Both the position numbers and the translations under genes were made by a program. 64,000 nucleotides of DNA from Euprymna scolopes (Eukaryota). The stretch is taken from NCBI GenBank assembly GCA_053919585.1, contig CM132791.1. The stretch is one strand, 5' to 3'. Positions 1 to 12,000 of this stretch are shown here, in pieces (position 1 is the first letter of the stretch; every line of letters starts with the position of its first letter). Under the pieces are notes generated by a model. The model made no database searches. It was not told the origin of the DNA and was given only the letters and a program-made list of their open reading frames with translations.

Positions 1-222
1 GAACGTCAACTTTAGCTGTGTCACCCTTCTCAGTGCAGATTGTGACTGTCCCTTCACCACAACATACCCGTGATAAGCCATTAATGGTCATAACGCCAAC
101 TGGGTTCCTCCGCCACACCGGACAGCAATGGGCACTAACTATAGACCGGGAACACCCCGTGTCTATAAGTGCTGAACACTGCACATCATCAAGTTTAACG
201 CTAATGACAGGCAATCCTGTGT

Positions 223-981
223 TTATTGGTTGGCAGGGGGCAAGGGTAGCGATAGTACCTTGCCCCCAACTTCGTTTCCCGAACAGTTGCGAGATATGTG
301 CCCAAACTTATTGCAGCGATAGCATTGCACTGGTCTCTTTGATTGTGGATATACACCTCTCCTATCACTCCGGCACTCTTTAGCAAAATGATTGGCCTCC
401 CCACATTTATAGCACACTGGGGTGGCATGCTTATTACTATCTGGAAGAGAGTCCACATTGCCTCCATGTCGAAAACGAGCTGCTGCTGCAATTGGTTCCT
501 GTTCCTTACAGATGTTTCGAGCTCGGGCCAATAACTCATCAGTTGACAATTCATCGATTCTTGATGATGCCCGCAACAGTTTACTGACCTCCTCGGGTAG
601 GCCTACCAAAAAAGCACAGCTTAATATTTTATCGTTGACCCCACCAAACGGTACAGATAATTTTCGCAGGTCGGCTAGGTACACGTCGACTGTTTCTTTG
701 GGTTGAAGTGTCCGGCTCGTGAACTGTTGCCACGCAACAAATGGATCTGTACCAAACGCTGTATACAGGCTCTGCTTGATTTCATCCCAGTCTGGTTCAT
801 CCCCGAGTTGTTGGTAGACTGCATAGGCCCCTCCGGTTAGCCTCAAAGGGATAACTGTGGCTGGTTCTTTAATTTTGCACAGTTTACAGATTTTCTCTGC
901 CTTTTCAATCCATTCAACGACAGCCGGTCCAGTGGTAGATCCGTCGAACTCGGGTATTAAGCGAATGTCGAATCTGTCCAT
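223..981 (-). CDS. gag: Gypsy Gag (252 aa from ATG at 981)
   Basis: FDIRLIPEFDG N-terminus; CYKCGEANHFAKEC and CYRCNKFGHISRNC zinc knuckles; no internal stops. Confidence 0.88.
   Translation of the reverse strand: MDRFDIRLIPEFDGSTTGPAVVEWIEKAEKICKLCKIKEPATVIPLRLTGGAYAVYQQLGDEPDWDEIKQSLYTAFGTDPFVAWQQFTSRTLQPKETVDVYLADLRKLSVPFGGVNDKILSCAFLVGLPEEVSKLLRASSRIDELSTDELLARARNICKEQEPIAAAARFRHGGNVDSLPDSNKHATPVCYKCGEANHFAKECRSDRRGVYPQSKRPVQCYRCNKFGHISRNCSGNEVGGKVLSLPLPPANQ
236..280 (-). promoter_or_regulatory. -1 programmed ribosomal frameshift signal (gag-pol)
   Basis: G GGA AAC in gag phase (280-274), 6-nt spacer, 10-bp stem GGGGGCAAGG/CCTTGCCCCC; -1 frame open into protease. Confidence 0.85.
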
Positions 982-1339
982 TGTTAGTAACCGCACACCA
1001 AGCGCCGAGATAGCTTAAAACCAACACAAAGTCAAGTATCTGCAGAATGTCTTCTTGGTTCCTCCTCTTCTCTTTTCTCTCTCCTAACAATCGAACACAG
1101 CGTATAATAACAAAACTCTAAAGCACGTCTGACAGCACTGACTTCTGCCAACAGTCTCGTCCTCCTCTTAACAACACAGGCTTTTTATATCGCAAAATCG
1201 TTCACCTCTATTTGCATATTCTTCTAACTCACGTGATCACTACTCTATAAATAAGAGTCTTGACCGTTTCTTTTCTTTCTTTTTATTTATTTTCGGTGAC
1301 CGACCCGCACGTGGTCTATCCAGGTAAGTCACGCATTTC

Positions 1340-2050
1340 TCCACATAAACATTTAAAATTATCTGAGTTTAAAATCGTCGCAATGCTTGTTCACTATACT
1401 TGCATAAGTAGTGTGGTCGGCTTCCTCTCTTCTAGTAACATTCATACATTTATATCGCCTACGGAAAAGAGACGTTTTTGCAGAAAACAGTTCTGTAAGT
1501 AGCATAACTGTTTCTTGGAAGCTCAACTCACTGGTCTTTTTTGGGAGAATAAAATTCACGAACTTTGTATGCTCGGCTGTTCCCAATTTCCTTAGCAAAA
1601 GTCTAACTTTATTCGCATCTGACCAGGTATCCAATATAAAAATATCCTCATATCATCTATAGTACTGGACGAAAGTGACATCGTCTTCTGGATTATAATT
1701 GAAATTTTCAATAGCGGCCCAGACAGCTGTTTGAGAAAATGCGTTATGATTATCGCCCGCTTTAGTTAACTGTGTCGTCTCCAGAAATTTTCTTTGTTGC
1801 TCCTATGTTTTCATCAATATTTCCTCGAAGCGTTTCTGTTGTTGAAGGATTTTTTCTTCAAATGCTTGTTTAAATCTCTCTTTTCTTTCTACTTGTTGTT
1901 GAATTTGCTGCTTTTGCAACGCAAGACTTTGCTCTGCCGGAATTGAAACAATTCCAATAGTGAATTTTTGAATTTCGCATCCATCATACGAATTCAATTT
2001 ACAATTTACGTTTGTATTAAAGAAATATTCCTTAGTAAAAAAAATCAATC
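1340..2050 (-). mobile_element. Decayed Gypsy gag fragment (K02A2.6-like type)
   Basis: WSDANKVRLLLRKLGTAEHTKFVNFILPK...SLFRRRYKC preceded by a Q-rich coiled coil; stops and frameshifts. Confidence 0.7.
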
Positions 2051-2399
2051 AAGTTTTCTTTCTCAATTCTTTTGTTTGAAGAACAACAGTTCAGCAGTCC
2101 TTTTGTAACTTAATTTTTTGAACGCTATATTTCTAGTCTTACTAGAAATAATCCAGCGAAATAACATTTTTTTATTTGCACGCGTTTTTACGTAGCAAAA
2201 TAAAATCCGTCGCTTTAAATATCCGACGAATTCGTATGGGAAACTTTTAGTTTTTTTGTTTTTTTTTTACCCTCTTTGCCTTTTGCAAAAAATGACTTGA
2301 TTCTTTACGTGTTTGCTAAGCACAAATGACGTACACAAATAATTATTTTTCACGGTCTGTCTCTTTTTCTTGTGTTTTTTCCTCTGTTCAAGGAAGGCC

Positions 2400-2780
2400 G
2401 GTATAACACTAACTTAGGCAATTATGCTGATATGCATGTTCTCATGGGTGTTATTGTATGAAGTGATGTGTTTCTAGAAGGAGGAAATATGGGTGCTTAA
2501 GTGTTTCTTGGTGCGTATGTGTAAAAGTCTAGTGGTCCTACCTATGTAAGAGTTATTATATTTAATACATTGCAGGTCTAGACAATATTAGTGTGTAGGC
2601 ATAACTCCATGTTAGAAATTGGGCAATTGGTTGTGTTTTTTGGAAAGGTATTGTCGAAATGAAGTACTAGTGTGAATTAGTTGTATGTGTAAGTTCTCAT
2701 TAGAAATGGCCTTGTTGATGGCAGTAGGAGTTCTATCATTAAGGAAAGGTAGTTTAAGGAAGCAGATTTTAGAGAGTGTG
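2400..2780 (-). mobile_element. Penelope-like element fragment (GIY-YIG endonuclease region)
   Basis: Minus strand reads NIV*...NSYIGRTTRLLHIRTKKHL; degraded. Confidence 0.55.
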
Positions 2781-2906
2781 TGTTACCTTGAAATGAAACT
2801 GGACATAAAATCAATAGTATTATGTTTTTAAAAAATCAGCATTTTTTCTCAATAATATATAATTGATTGAATTACATAAAAAACAAAATTCTAAAAAATA
2901 ATTAAT

Positions 2907-3210
2907 TCTTTATCTGTGCCTAAACCTAAATGTAGATTACATGAAGAAAGCTCCTTTTTTAGAACTGCACGCCTGTGGAACTCTGCTCCGTATGCCTGCT
3001 TCCCACTTGACTACAACTTGATTGTCTTCAAGTTCAACATAAACAAGTTCTTGATAAACAGCCCCTCCAAGTAATCCAATTTACAAAATTCCCACTACTT
3101 ATGATTACTACGTTATACTCCCATTGGCTACTGACTTATGTATACCCATTAGCCATTATCCTTGAGTGGCCTCTGGGCCTTGATCAGTGGTGACTCCTTT
3201 GTAAAAAAAA
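2907..3210 (+). mobile_element. CR1-group (Zenon-like) LINE 3' end with poly(A)
   Basis: FFRTARLWNS...FPLDYNL..FKFNINKFL, 3' UTR and A8 tail; homologous to the copies at 7129 and 55334. Confidence 0.8.
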
Positions 3211-3639
3211 TATATAATGGAATAAAATAAGTGTTAAGTTTTAAACATAGATTTTTGAGTAAGGGTTTACAATTTTAAAAAAATATTTTCATATAATATA
3301 AAAAGTGACTACAGCAATTTTAAAATAGCTAATTCAACTACAACTTAATATTAATTGTAAGGCTATGAAAAAAGACCCAGTGATTTCAGGTTCCGTGAGA
3401 GTAGTAAATGAAAATAGGGGTAAATATTTGCTACTACCTATTAGAGATTACATATCTGAGAGATTGATTATTATATTGGACCCAATATATAGTAGTGGTC
3501 ATCCGGAATAGTAAAATACACTGAAATAATATTTTAATTCATGCAGATTTCATATTCATTATTATAGAGCCAATATTATATTGATTATTATATTGTGCCA
3601 ATATATAGTAGTGATTTCAAAAGTTTTTAAAAAATGACA

Positions 3640-3712
3640 GGTGCCATCAGTTAGAATCGAAATCAAAATATTAAGCACTCCAACCTTAGCCGTTACCACT
3701 TGCGCCATCATC
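3640..3712 (-). mobile_element. tRNA-derived SINE head (degenerate)
   Basis: A-box TGGCGCAAGTGG and B-box-like GATTTCGATTC at tRNA spacing. Confidence 0.45.
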
Positions 3713-3829
3713 AGATGGATAAGAAAACGTTAAAATTTAACTGAGTTTAACATACATAAATGTACAAGAGCACTATAAGTCAACTTATGCCTGATCAAAA
3801 TTTGACAGAGGAGTTTGGTAGAGACAGGC

Positions 3830-3920
3830 AGGCAAAAAGACAGATAAAAAAATTAAATAAAATACTAAAATTAAAAAGATCCAAGACCATTTTCAAATTT
3901 TGACGAGAGAAAATATGCCA
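3830..3920. repeat. Dispersed repeat, inverted copy of 19073-19160
   Basis: AATTAAATAAAATACTAAAATTAAAAAGATCCAA...AATATGC is the reverse complement of 19073-19160. Confidence 0.7.
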
Positions 3921-3934
3921 TGACTGACGTGAAG

Positions 3935-3972
<38 letters not shown>

Positions 3973-3974
3973 TT

Positions 3975-4353
3975 TAAAAAAGGGAGTAGTCACCAACAAT
4001 GTGTATTTTTTAACATTATTTTATTATTCCGTGTCTTGGTTTTTCATTGAGAATTATGTTTGGATCATTGTAATAATGTTTTTAAGTCATTGAAATCGTT
4101 TACGCGCGTTTCAGACGGTCTGTGATGCGTCTTCGTCAGAAATTATTTTCAAATGTGTAAAAATGTCGATTTTCGTAGTTAGTTTGAAGTTTTTCCAAGG
4201 GGTGGAGGCTTGTAAGTGTTTATTATACATTGGTATGCTGAATTTTTATTGCTTTTTTATTTGGTTTGTCCAGGGAGATTTTGACCTCTCTGTAATCAGT
4301 CGCTATCTCTTTCTGCTAATGTGTTTTTCTTTTCCTTTAGGGTGGGGTAGGGT

Positions 4354-4440
<87 letters not shown>

Positions 4441-4786
4441 AGTGTGTTTGCTTTTATTGGTTTGGGAATGTGTATATTGTTTTATAGTATTTTGGGGTTA
4501 TTTGCTTCCTTAGGAAGGCGACTGTGGTCCGAGGTCGTTACTAATGTGTATGTGTGGGGAGGAGGGACTGGCTCTTCTGAAGTAAGGGTAGGGGTGCTTT
4601 CATTCTATTTTGATATTTATTTTTTGGATTCTTGGATTTTAGTATTGTGATTTTTCGTTTTAGTCTTATATTATGTTGGTTTAGAAAGAGGGGTGTATTT
4701 AAAATAGGGGATTTTTAATGTTTCTATTTATTTGTCTCCCTATGTGGGTATGGCCAGACCCAGGATCGGTTCCTAGTGTGGGGAAG

Positions 4787-4790
<4 letters not shown>
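3975..4790 (-). mobile_element. Penelope-like element 3' fragment / pseudo-LTR with hammerhead motif
   Basis: Minimal hammerhead at 4090-4152; strand-biased composition; bounded by (TA)n on both sides; internal (GT)n 4357-4433. Confidence 0.5.
4090..4152 (-). ncRNA. Minimal type I hammerhead ribozyme motif (stem I degenerate)
   Basis: CUGACGA, stem II AGACG/CGUCU, GAAA, palindromic ACGCGCGU stem III, GUA cleavage triplet. Confidence 0.7.
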
Positions 4791-4847
<57 letters not shown>

Positions 4848-4850
<3 letters not shown>

Positions 4851-6686
4851 TCATGATCATATTTATTGGCACAGTTCAATAAAAAACTCATTTTGTTTTT
4901 AAAATCCTCCAGAAAAGGGTTAAATCAAAGGAACTCAAAAAGTATAATTTATATTTTGAACTGCTCTTTTCAACTCAACAATCGAATAAAAAAAAAAATG
5001 AATAATAAAGGAATTACAAACGATATTTCAAAATTCCCTTGTTCAAATTTATTGGCACCGTAATTCTAATGATCGATTGTATGGCCTTTCGCCTTAATTA
5101 CTTGCTGTAGTCGTTTATTATAGTTTTCCACTAACTTGTAGCATTCTTCAGCAGTAAATTTAGTCCATTCCTCCAGACAATAATCCTCTAACTGAGTGAG
5201 ATTTTTAGGCTTCCTTTCCATTACCCTCAATTTTAAAATCCTCCACAAATTTTCAATGGGATTGAGGTTCGGGCTCTGGGATGGCCACTCCAAAACATTG
5301 ATATTGTTGTCCTCAAGCCATTTCTTAGATTAGCCGAATGCTTTGGGTTGTAGCGCCTACACCGGAACTAAAATTTGTCAGGGACTTTTTGATATGTCAC
5401 CGTTTCCGGAGAGCTCTAAAAAGAGAACAAAAAAAAACTGTAGCGCGAAATTTGAGGTGTTTCTCTTTCTCTTTCTTCCCACTGAACTTCATGAGGTAAG
5501 ACGTGCTTTTCACCGCTGCGCCGGCTGCGGCCTTTTTTTTTTTTTTTCGCACGCGCCCGAACCAAAGACATTATTATAATTTCTTTTAAACAAAACAAGA
5601 AAAAAATATTTTCTTTATGTCTTTGCTCTACTTTTTACACGAAATGCATTCCCAAAGAAAAACATTAATTTCTCTTTTCTGTTCTAATTATTTTACACTC
5701 AAAAGGAACATTTACCCAGTCCATAAGGATTTCTTTGTTTTCAATGGACAGAAACATATGAGTGTAACGGAACGCCGAGACATGTTAAATAAATTTACAC
5801 TTCCTTTAATGTACCAAGTCTGAATATTTAATTTTATTAATTTTTTTTCTAAAAAAAAAAAAAAATATTCGTCATTTTGTCTGGCGACCAGCTCGCTTCA
5901 GGATCATTATCTTGCATGAAGCACCAACGTCGACTAAGTGACACCTCTCTAGCAGAGTCCTTTAGGTTTTCATTCAGGATAACATAATCCTCATTTTTCA
6001 TGATGCCTGTGACCTTAACATCAAACTGCCTCCACCGTACTTCACAGTTGGCATGGTGTTCTTAGTCAAGAAGGCTTTACCAGATTTCCTGTAAGCAGAA
6101 GAACACTATTATGACCGATTAACTCAAATTTCGTTTTGTTAGTCCATATAACATGTTTCCAAAAGGCAGCATCTTTATCAATATGACGCTTTGCGAACTC
6201 TAGCCTTGCTTTCAGATGCACAGGTGTCAATAAGGGAGACTTTCTCGGGTGATATGCTTTCAAACCAGCTCTCTTCAAAACTCTACTAACTGTGTGTCAA
6301 GACACGTTCACTCCAGACCTTTTCTGTTCCTCTACAATCTCCCCAGTGATCCTTGGGTTTTGGTTGACACGTCAAACTATTTTTCACTCTGCCCTCGCAA
6401 ACAGTAGCCTTTTTCTCCCCCGAGCTTCCAAATTTATAATGTGACCTTGTGATTTGAACTTCTTTACGATGGACCAAATGGTGGATTTGGGAAGGTTTAG
6501 CTCCTTAGAAATCTTATCATAGCCCTCCTCTTTGAAATGACACGCTATCACACGCTTCCTGAAGTCTTTGCTGTGTTTCTTAGTCTTAACCATAACGAAA
6601 GTTCTTTGATTTCAATTAATTCAAAACAAACGCTGTCTAAAAATTATCTGAAAAAGAAAAAAATTTTAAATTAACATTAAATAAGC

Positions 6687-6690
<4 letters not shown>
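4848..6690 (-). mobile_element. Tc1 DNA transposon, decayed (transposase 5066-6593)
   Basis: [30 protein letters not shown] motifs and N-terminal HTH; TIR starts TA|CAGT at 4848 with internal direct repeat TTTATTGGCAC (4863, 5048). Confidence 0.9.
5349..5900. mobile_element. Solo LTR (552 bp) inserted in the Tc1 transposase
   Basis: TGTAGCG...CGCTTCA termini; 4-bp TSD GGGT/GGAT; removing it restores DNDPKH. Confidence 0.75.
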
Positions 6691-6772
<82 letters not shown>

Positions 6773-6864
6773 AGTAACATTTTGGAGTAATTGCACCAAA
6801 TAAAATAAGTGCTCTTTATATGAATGGTTGCCTAGTTAGCGCAATTACCCTGGACTTGGCACAA

Positions 6865-7128
6865 NNNNNNNNNNNNNNNNNNNNNNNNNNNNNNNNNNNN
6901 NNNNNNNNNNNNNNNNNNNNNNNNNNNNNNNNNNNNNNNNNNNNNNNNNNNNNNNNNNNNNNNNNNNNNNNNNNNNNNNNNNNNNNNNNNNNNNNNNNNN
7001 NNNNNNNNNNNNNNNNNNNNNNNNNNNNNNNNNNNNNNNNNNNNNNNNNNNNNNNNNNNNNNNNNNNNNNNNNNNNNNNNNNNNNNNNNNNNNNNNNNNN
7101 NNNNNNNNNNNNNNNNNNNNNNNNNNNN
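6865..7128. other. Assembly gap (N run)
   Basis: Run of N. Confidence 1.
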
Positions 7129-8455
7129 TATCAAGGCCGATCGGCCACTCAAGGATAAGGGTTAAAGAGTGTAGAGTAGTCAAAAGGACAATATAGTAAT
7201 CAATAGTAATGGAAGTTTGGTAAATTTGTTAACTTAAGTGGAACGGCTCATCAGAAACTTGTTCACGTTGGACTTGAAGACAACCATATTATAGACAGCT
7301 GGAAAGCAGGAAAAAGGAAGACAATTCCACAGGCGTGCAGTTCTAAGAAAGAAGCTTTGATCATGGAATCTATGTTTAGGTTTAGGCACAGATAAAGAGT
7401 GGGGAAAATTATTGATAATGTTTTCAGCTAGTCTAGTGTTTCTTGTGAAAGTTTGGCGAGGGGAGACCATAGATTGAAGTAGATTGAAGCTCAGTCGAAC
7501 ACTTTCCATGAAAATAACGATACATCAGAGACAAACTCGCAACATCTCTTCTGTGAGATAGAGGTTGCAGCGAAGAGAAAAGGACATTTCCCACCAGGCC
7601 ACAAAGTCTATTTTGAACCCTATCAAGGCAGGACAAGTCTTTTCTAGCAGCTCCTGCCCAGATGTGGCAACAGTATTCCATCCTTGGACGTATCTGGCTC
7701 TTATATAGATAGAGAATTGCATCAGCAGTGAGATATCTACTGGATCTATAGAAGGATCCGACCATTTTTCCAGCGGCCTTGACAACAGATTTAATGTACG
7801 TATTCCATTTAAGATCAGGAGTAAAGGTCAAGCCCAGAAGCCTGTCAAAACTTGAGGCCTCCCCAAGACGAGAGCCATTCATTTTAATTCATGCCAGATG
7901 GGGATCAGAACGTTGATGATGTAAAGATAGAAGCTTGGTTTTAGATGCATTAAAAGTAAGCAGCCACTCCTTTCCCCATTGTACAACGTGATCAAGATCA
8001 GAGGAGAGAGAATTGGAGAGAACTTGGTCGTTAACTGTCTTAGATGTGCTACCATAGATGGTAGTGTCGTCAGAAAAAATGTCTACAAATGATGTAAGGA
8101 TGTGATTTGGAAGATCATTAATGTAGATCAGGAAAAGAGTTGGGCCCAGGATGGACCCCTGAGGGACTCCAGCATTTATACTTTGAGCTTCTGATTTTTG
8201 CCCCTCAACTACTACTCTTATGAACCTATCAGAGAGAAATGATTTAATAATTGAGAAGACATTTCCAGCTATACCATAGCTGGAGATCTTGTGAAGTAAA
8301 CCTTTATGCCATACCCTATCAAAGGCCTTTGATATGTCAAGAGCAATTTGCCCTAGAAAGGTTGCTTCTGTCGAGAGATTCACTAATCCCATGAGATATA
8401 ACTGTAAGCACATCTGCTGTAGATCTAGTAGAACGGAAACCATATTGTGTGTCAC
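7129..8455 (-). mobile_element. CR1-group (Zenon-like) LINE RT, 5'-truncated and frameshifted
   Basis: QYGFRS, LDISKAFDRVWH, GVPQGSILGPTLF, FSDD, YKSQIRPRMEYCCHIW. Confidence 0.92.
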
Positions 8456-8456
8456 T

Positions 8457-8504
<48 letters not shown>

Positions 8505-8507
<3 letters not shown>

Positions 8508-9413
8508 ACATAATATTCCAAATATCATGACGCTTCCACCCCCAAACTTGACAGTTTTCTTACTACACTTTGCACTTAATCTTTCACCAATACGTCTCTT
8601 TACATTGCTTTTTTCCATCATTTCCAAATAAACTTGCTTTCATCAATGAAAAATACTTTCGCCCAATTTTCATATGTCCAAATTACATATCTGTTTGCAA
8701 ACTCTAATCTCATCTTCTTATTCTTCAAACTAACAAGTGGTTTCTTCCCTGGGGTTTGATTAAACAGCCCTATTTCTTGCAGTCGTCTAGAAACAGTCTG
8801 TCTTCACACATTAACACATAAGGTACTATTAATAATCCTTTTAATTTCTGTGCAAGACTTAAAATAGTTCTTTAATGACATACGCTGCATTATTTGATCT
8901 TTTCTTGCAAAAGTTTTGCGGGGTTTGCCGGTTTTAAAACACACTAACTATTTTGCCAATATCATTGTAGGATTTAACAACCCAGCCTACAACACTCTTG
9001 GAATGTTTCACTTTCTCTGAAATCTCTCTAATGGTGTGCTTTTCCTTGTGTAGCTTCACAATAGCTTGTCTTACAGAGTAATAAAATTTTTGGCGTTTCG
9101 ACATGGTGCTGGCTGATGTAACGTTTACAAATGACTAAGTATGACTTATTCCTGAGAAGAAATCCAAAAATTTGAAAATAGCATACTGTTTACATTGTTT
9201 TTCTCAATTTTGTCCCTTACTTTTAGACGTTCCTATTCTGAAAATAAATAAATAATTGTTATATTTCTTTTTCTATCCTTTGCAAATGATTCAAATTTTA
9301 GTATGATATTATGGATGATAACGACTACCAGTTGTCAAAATTTCAGCTTTTCACAGTTGTTATTTCTTACAAATATTAGGTTTTAAAACTTTGTCCCTTA
9401 GTTTTGGACTATA
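8505..9413 (-). mobile_element. Second Tc1 family, 5' half
   Basis: KKTVKFGGGSVMIFG and N-terminal HTH remnant; TIR direct repeats TTGTCCCTTA at ~9211 and ~9391. Confidence 0.8.
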
Positions 9414-9419
9414 TCCGAT

Positions 9420-9662
9420 GGTGAGGCCGCAGCTAGCGGGCTTTGGGGAGTGTGGAGCCACCCTTTAATTGCCATTGCTCGCAGGTCCATTCTGACTCGG
9501 AGTGGTAGTACCTGTTAGGGTCCCAACTATGGGTTAAATAGAAACCGACTTGCAAAAAAAAATATATTCTATTAAAAAAATTGTCTTCAAAATCACCGGA
9601 TTCGGCATTAAATAACCTGGAAAGGATTGATATGCCATAAAACAAAAGCAACCAACCAACCT
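9420..9662 (+). mobile_element. SINE-like short repeat with (AACC)n tail
   Basis: GC-richer body ending in AACCAACCAACC; family not identified. Confidence 0.4.
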
Positions 9663-9735
9663 TAGTTTTGGATGCTACTGTGTATATAAAGAGAAAGAAA
9701 ATTACAACTGAATACTCCAAAAAATAATGTACAAA

Positions 9736-9794
9736 GTCCTTATTTCGCAGAGTTTCAAAGAATGCTATTCTTGTTATTCTTCTCATCAGAGGTA
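9736..9794 (-). ncRNA. Degenerate hammerhead motif (Penelope pseudo-LTR remnant)
   Basis: CUGAUGA, 7-bp stem II GAAGAAU/AUUCUUU, GAAA; stem III broken; stem I only 3 bp. Confidence 0.5.
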
Positions 9795-9882
9795 TAAAGA
9801 AATCAGCAAATTATATTTGTAGCAATGCTAGAATTTGCTAGTTAAGGCATTAAGTGAAATAATGGCATAGATATGTAAATAT

Positions 9883-9955
<73 letters not shown>

Positions 9956-9959
<4 letters not shown>

Positions 9960-10505
9960 AAACTGCGCATAATATTTCAGCTTGCTTCAAAATCCTCTCC
10001 AGTTGATCCGAAATGCAAAATAGTTCTTTAGAGAGAATTAATTCCAAAATAAGTCCAGCATGGCGATGCATATAATCCGATTGCAAAGTCTTCAGAACAA
10101 TTGAAATAATGAAAATTGTTTCTTTTTCGGGCAGTGCAATAGCCGAAAGAGAAGTAATACAAGCTTTCATGGACTGATCCCACCCCCCGCCGCTTAGCCT
10201 GCACTTAATTACTTTAAAATTTAATTTGAAATCACTTTTTCTAATTAAGCCGATGATGAAGGATCTCATACTGGTTTTCTCTCTTTTTACTATTAGGTCC
10301 CATTTGATTGAGGACAGACTTCTCTTTTGGCTCGAAAAAAAAGAAACAATTTTCATTATTTCAGCTGTTTTGAAGACTTTCCAATCGGATTATATGCATC
10401 ATTATACTGGACTTATTTTGGAATCCATTCTCTCCAAAGAACTATTTTGCATTTCAGATCAACTTGAGAGGATTTTAATGCAAGCTGAAATATTATGAGC
10501 AGTTT

Positions 10506-10509
<4 letters not shown>
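9956..10509. mobile_element. Foldback/MITE with ~175-bp terminal inverted repeats inside (TA)n
   Basis: 9956-10132 is the diverged reverse complement of 10330-10509; no coding capacity. Confidence 0.85.
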
Positions 10510-10559
<50 letters not shown>

Positions 10560-11323
10560 TTGTTTATTGTTATATAAACATGCTCACATCCCGCTGCTAC
10601 AAACAGCCACTTGTTTCAATCAAACAACAGATATCATCAGGCAGCGACTTGACTATTCAAATGTTCATTGAATAATGGATTTTTATTTTTTTATTTTAGG
10701 TAGGAACTCTTTAAAAGTTGGAGTTAAAAAACCTTAAAACACAGAACTTTAATTATAAGATGCAAAGAGGGAGGGGCAATCTAAATAAAGTTAAACAATA
10801 ATAATGGAGAGAGAATGATTAAGAGGAGAAAAAAAGAAATAGAGAAAGAAAATAAATAGAGAAGGAAAATAGAGAAAAAATATAATATGGAGGAGAAAAA
10901 AAAAGATATAAAGGGTTATTATAAAGAAGACAAGGGCTAGAAGAGAAAAGAAAGAATGATGAAATATAGTTAAAGAGAGAAAGAGAGAAAGTAAGAATTA
11001 ATGTAGAGAGGATTGAGAAAAAGAAAAAGATCTGCGTGTCAACCAATTTATGAACAATTATACATTTCAGTAACGAGACACGTTATTACAAAAACAAACA
11101 GAACATACAATCTAAGCGCTATAAGTGTACATGCCAAAAATGACATCGAATGTAACCAACCAACATATTTATCATCTCACATACGTCCACGAGTAATATC
11201 AATGCAGTTCAAACATACGTCTACAATTAATTAAGCCCTTTATACTAAATGATATAAGTTCAAACTTTTCGCGTTTTTATTAAATAAATATATAAAAAAT
11301 AATGATAAAACAATATTAAAATT

Positions 11324-11361
<38 letters not shown>

Positions 11362-11428
11362 TAAAAGTAATATTAATAATAATAGTAGTAATAAAAATAA
11401 AAGTAATATTAATAATAATAATAATGAC

Positions 11429-11485
<57 letters not shown>

Positions 11486-11969
11486 CAGAAAAAAAAATGG
11501 AATAAAAATAAATATTTATTATCTTTTTAATATAACCTATTTAGCCATAAGAGGGGATTAAAGAAATTAAATAGGACTAATAAATTATAAAGAATAATCT
11601 ACTAATATATATGCATATAAAAAGAATACCATACATATATATATACACATATATATACATATATATATACATATATATATATATATACACATGCATATAA
11701 GTAAAAGTGTAACTCTATACTATTAAGTTGAAAGTTTAAGCTCGTTAAGTATAAATATAAAGTCATATTAAATCACATATTAACACATTCAAGACAGTAT
11801 TATTAAAAACATAGATACAAGTACACTTACATATAAATATATATATTCAGGCAAAAGAAGTAATTAAATCAACAAAATACTCAAAAGTAACATCACACAG
11901 GTAGATAGTAACAAAATTAAAAATAGTAAAATACATATGTATATACCCACAGAGAACCAACAGACACAC

Positions 11970-12000
<31 letters not shown>

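Larger units (their letters stand above)
1..1153 (-). mobile_element. Gypsy LTR retrotransposon, 5' part (putative LTR, gag, protease); continues off the left edge
   Basis: Intact gag ORF with two CCHC knuckles; the -1 frame encodes protease (CSALIDTGCSRSIV); putative LTR 982-1153 with TGTT...AACA termini. Confidence 0.9.

Noticed and set aside
500-548. Hammerhead-like CUGAUGA...GAAA...GUA inside gag
   Set aside because: No stem I pairing and poor stem II; explained by the codons for TDELLARARNIC
7889-8627. 210-aa and 96-aa ORFs as real proteins or a LINE-Tc1 fusion
   Set aside because: Frames run through a (TA)n tract joining unrelated CR1 and Tc1 remnants
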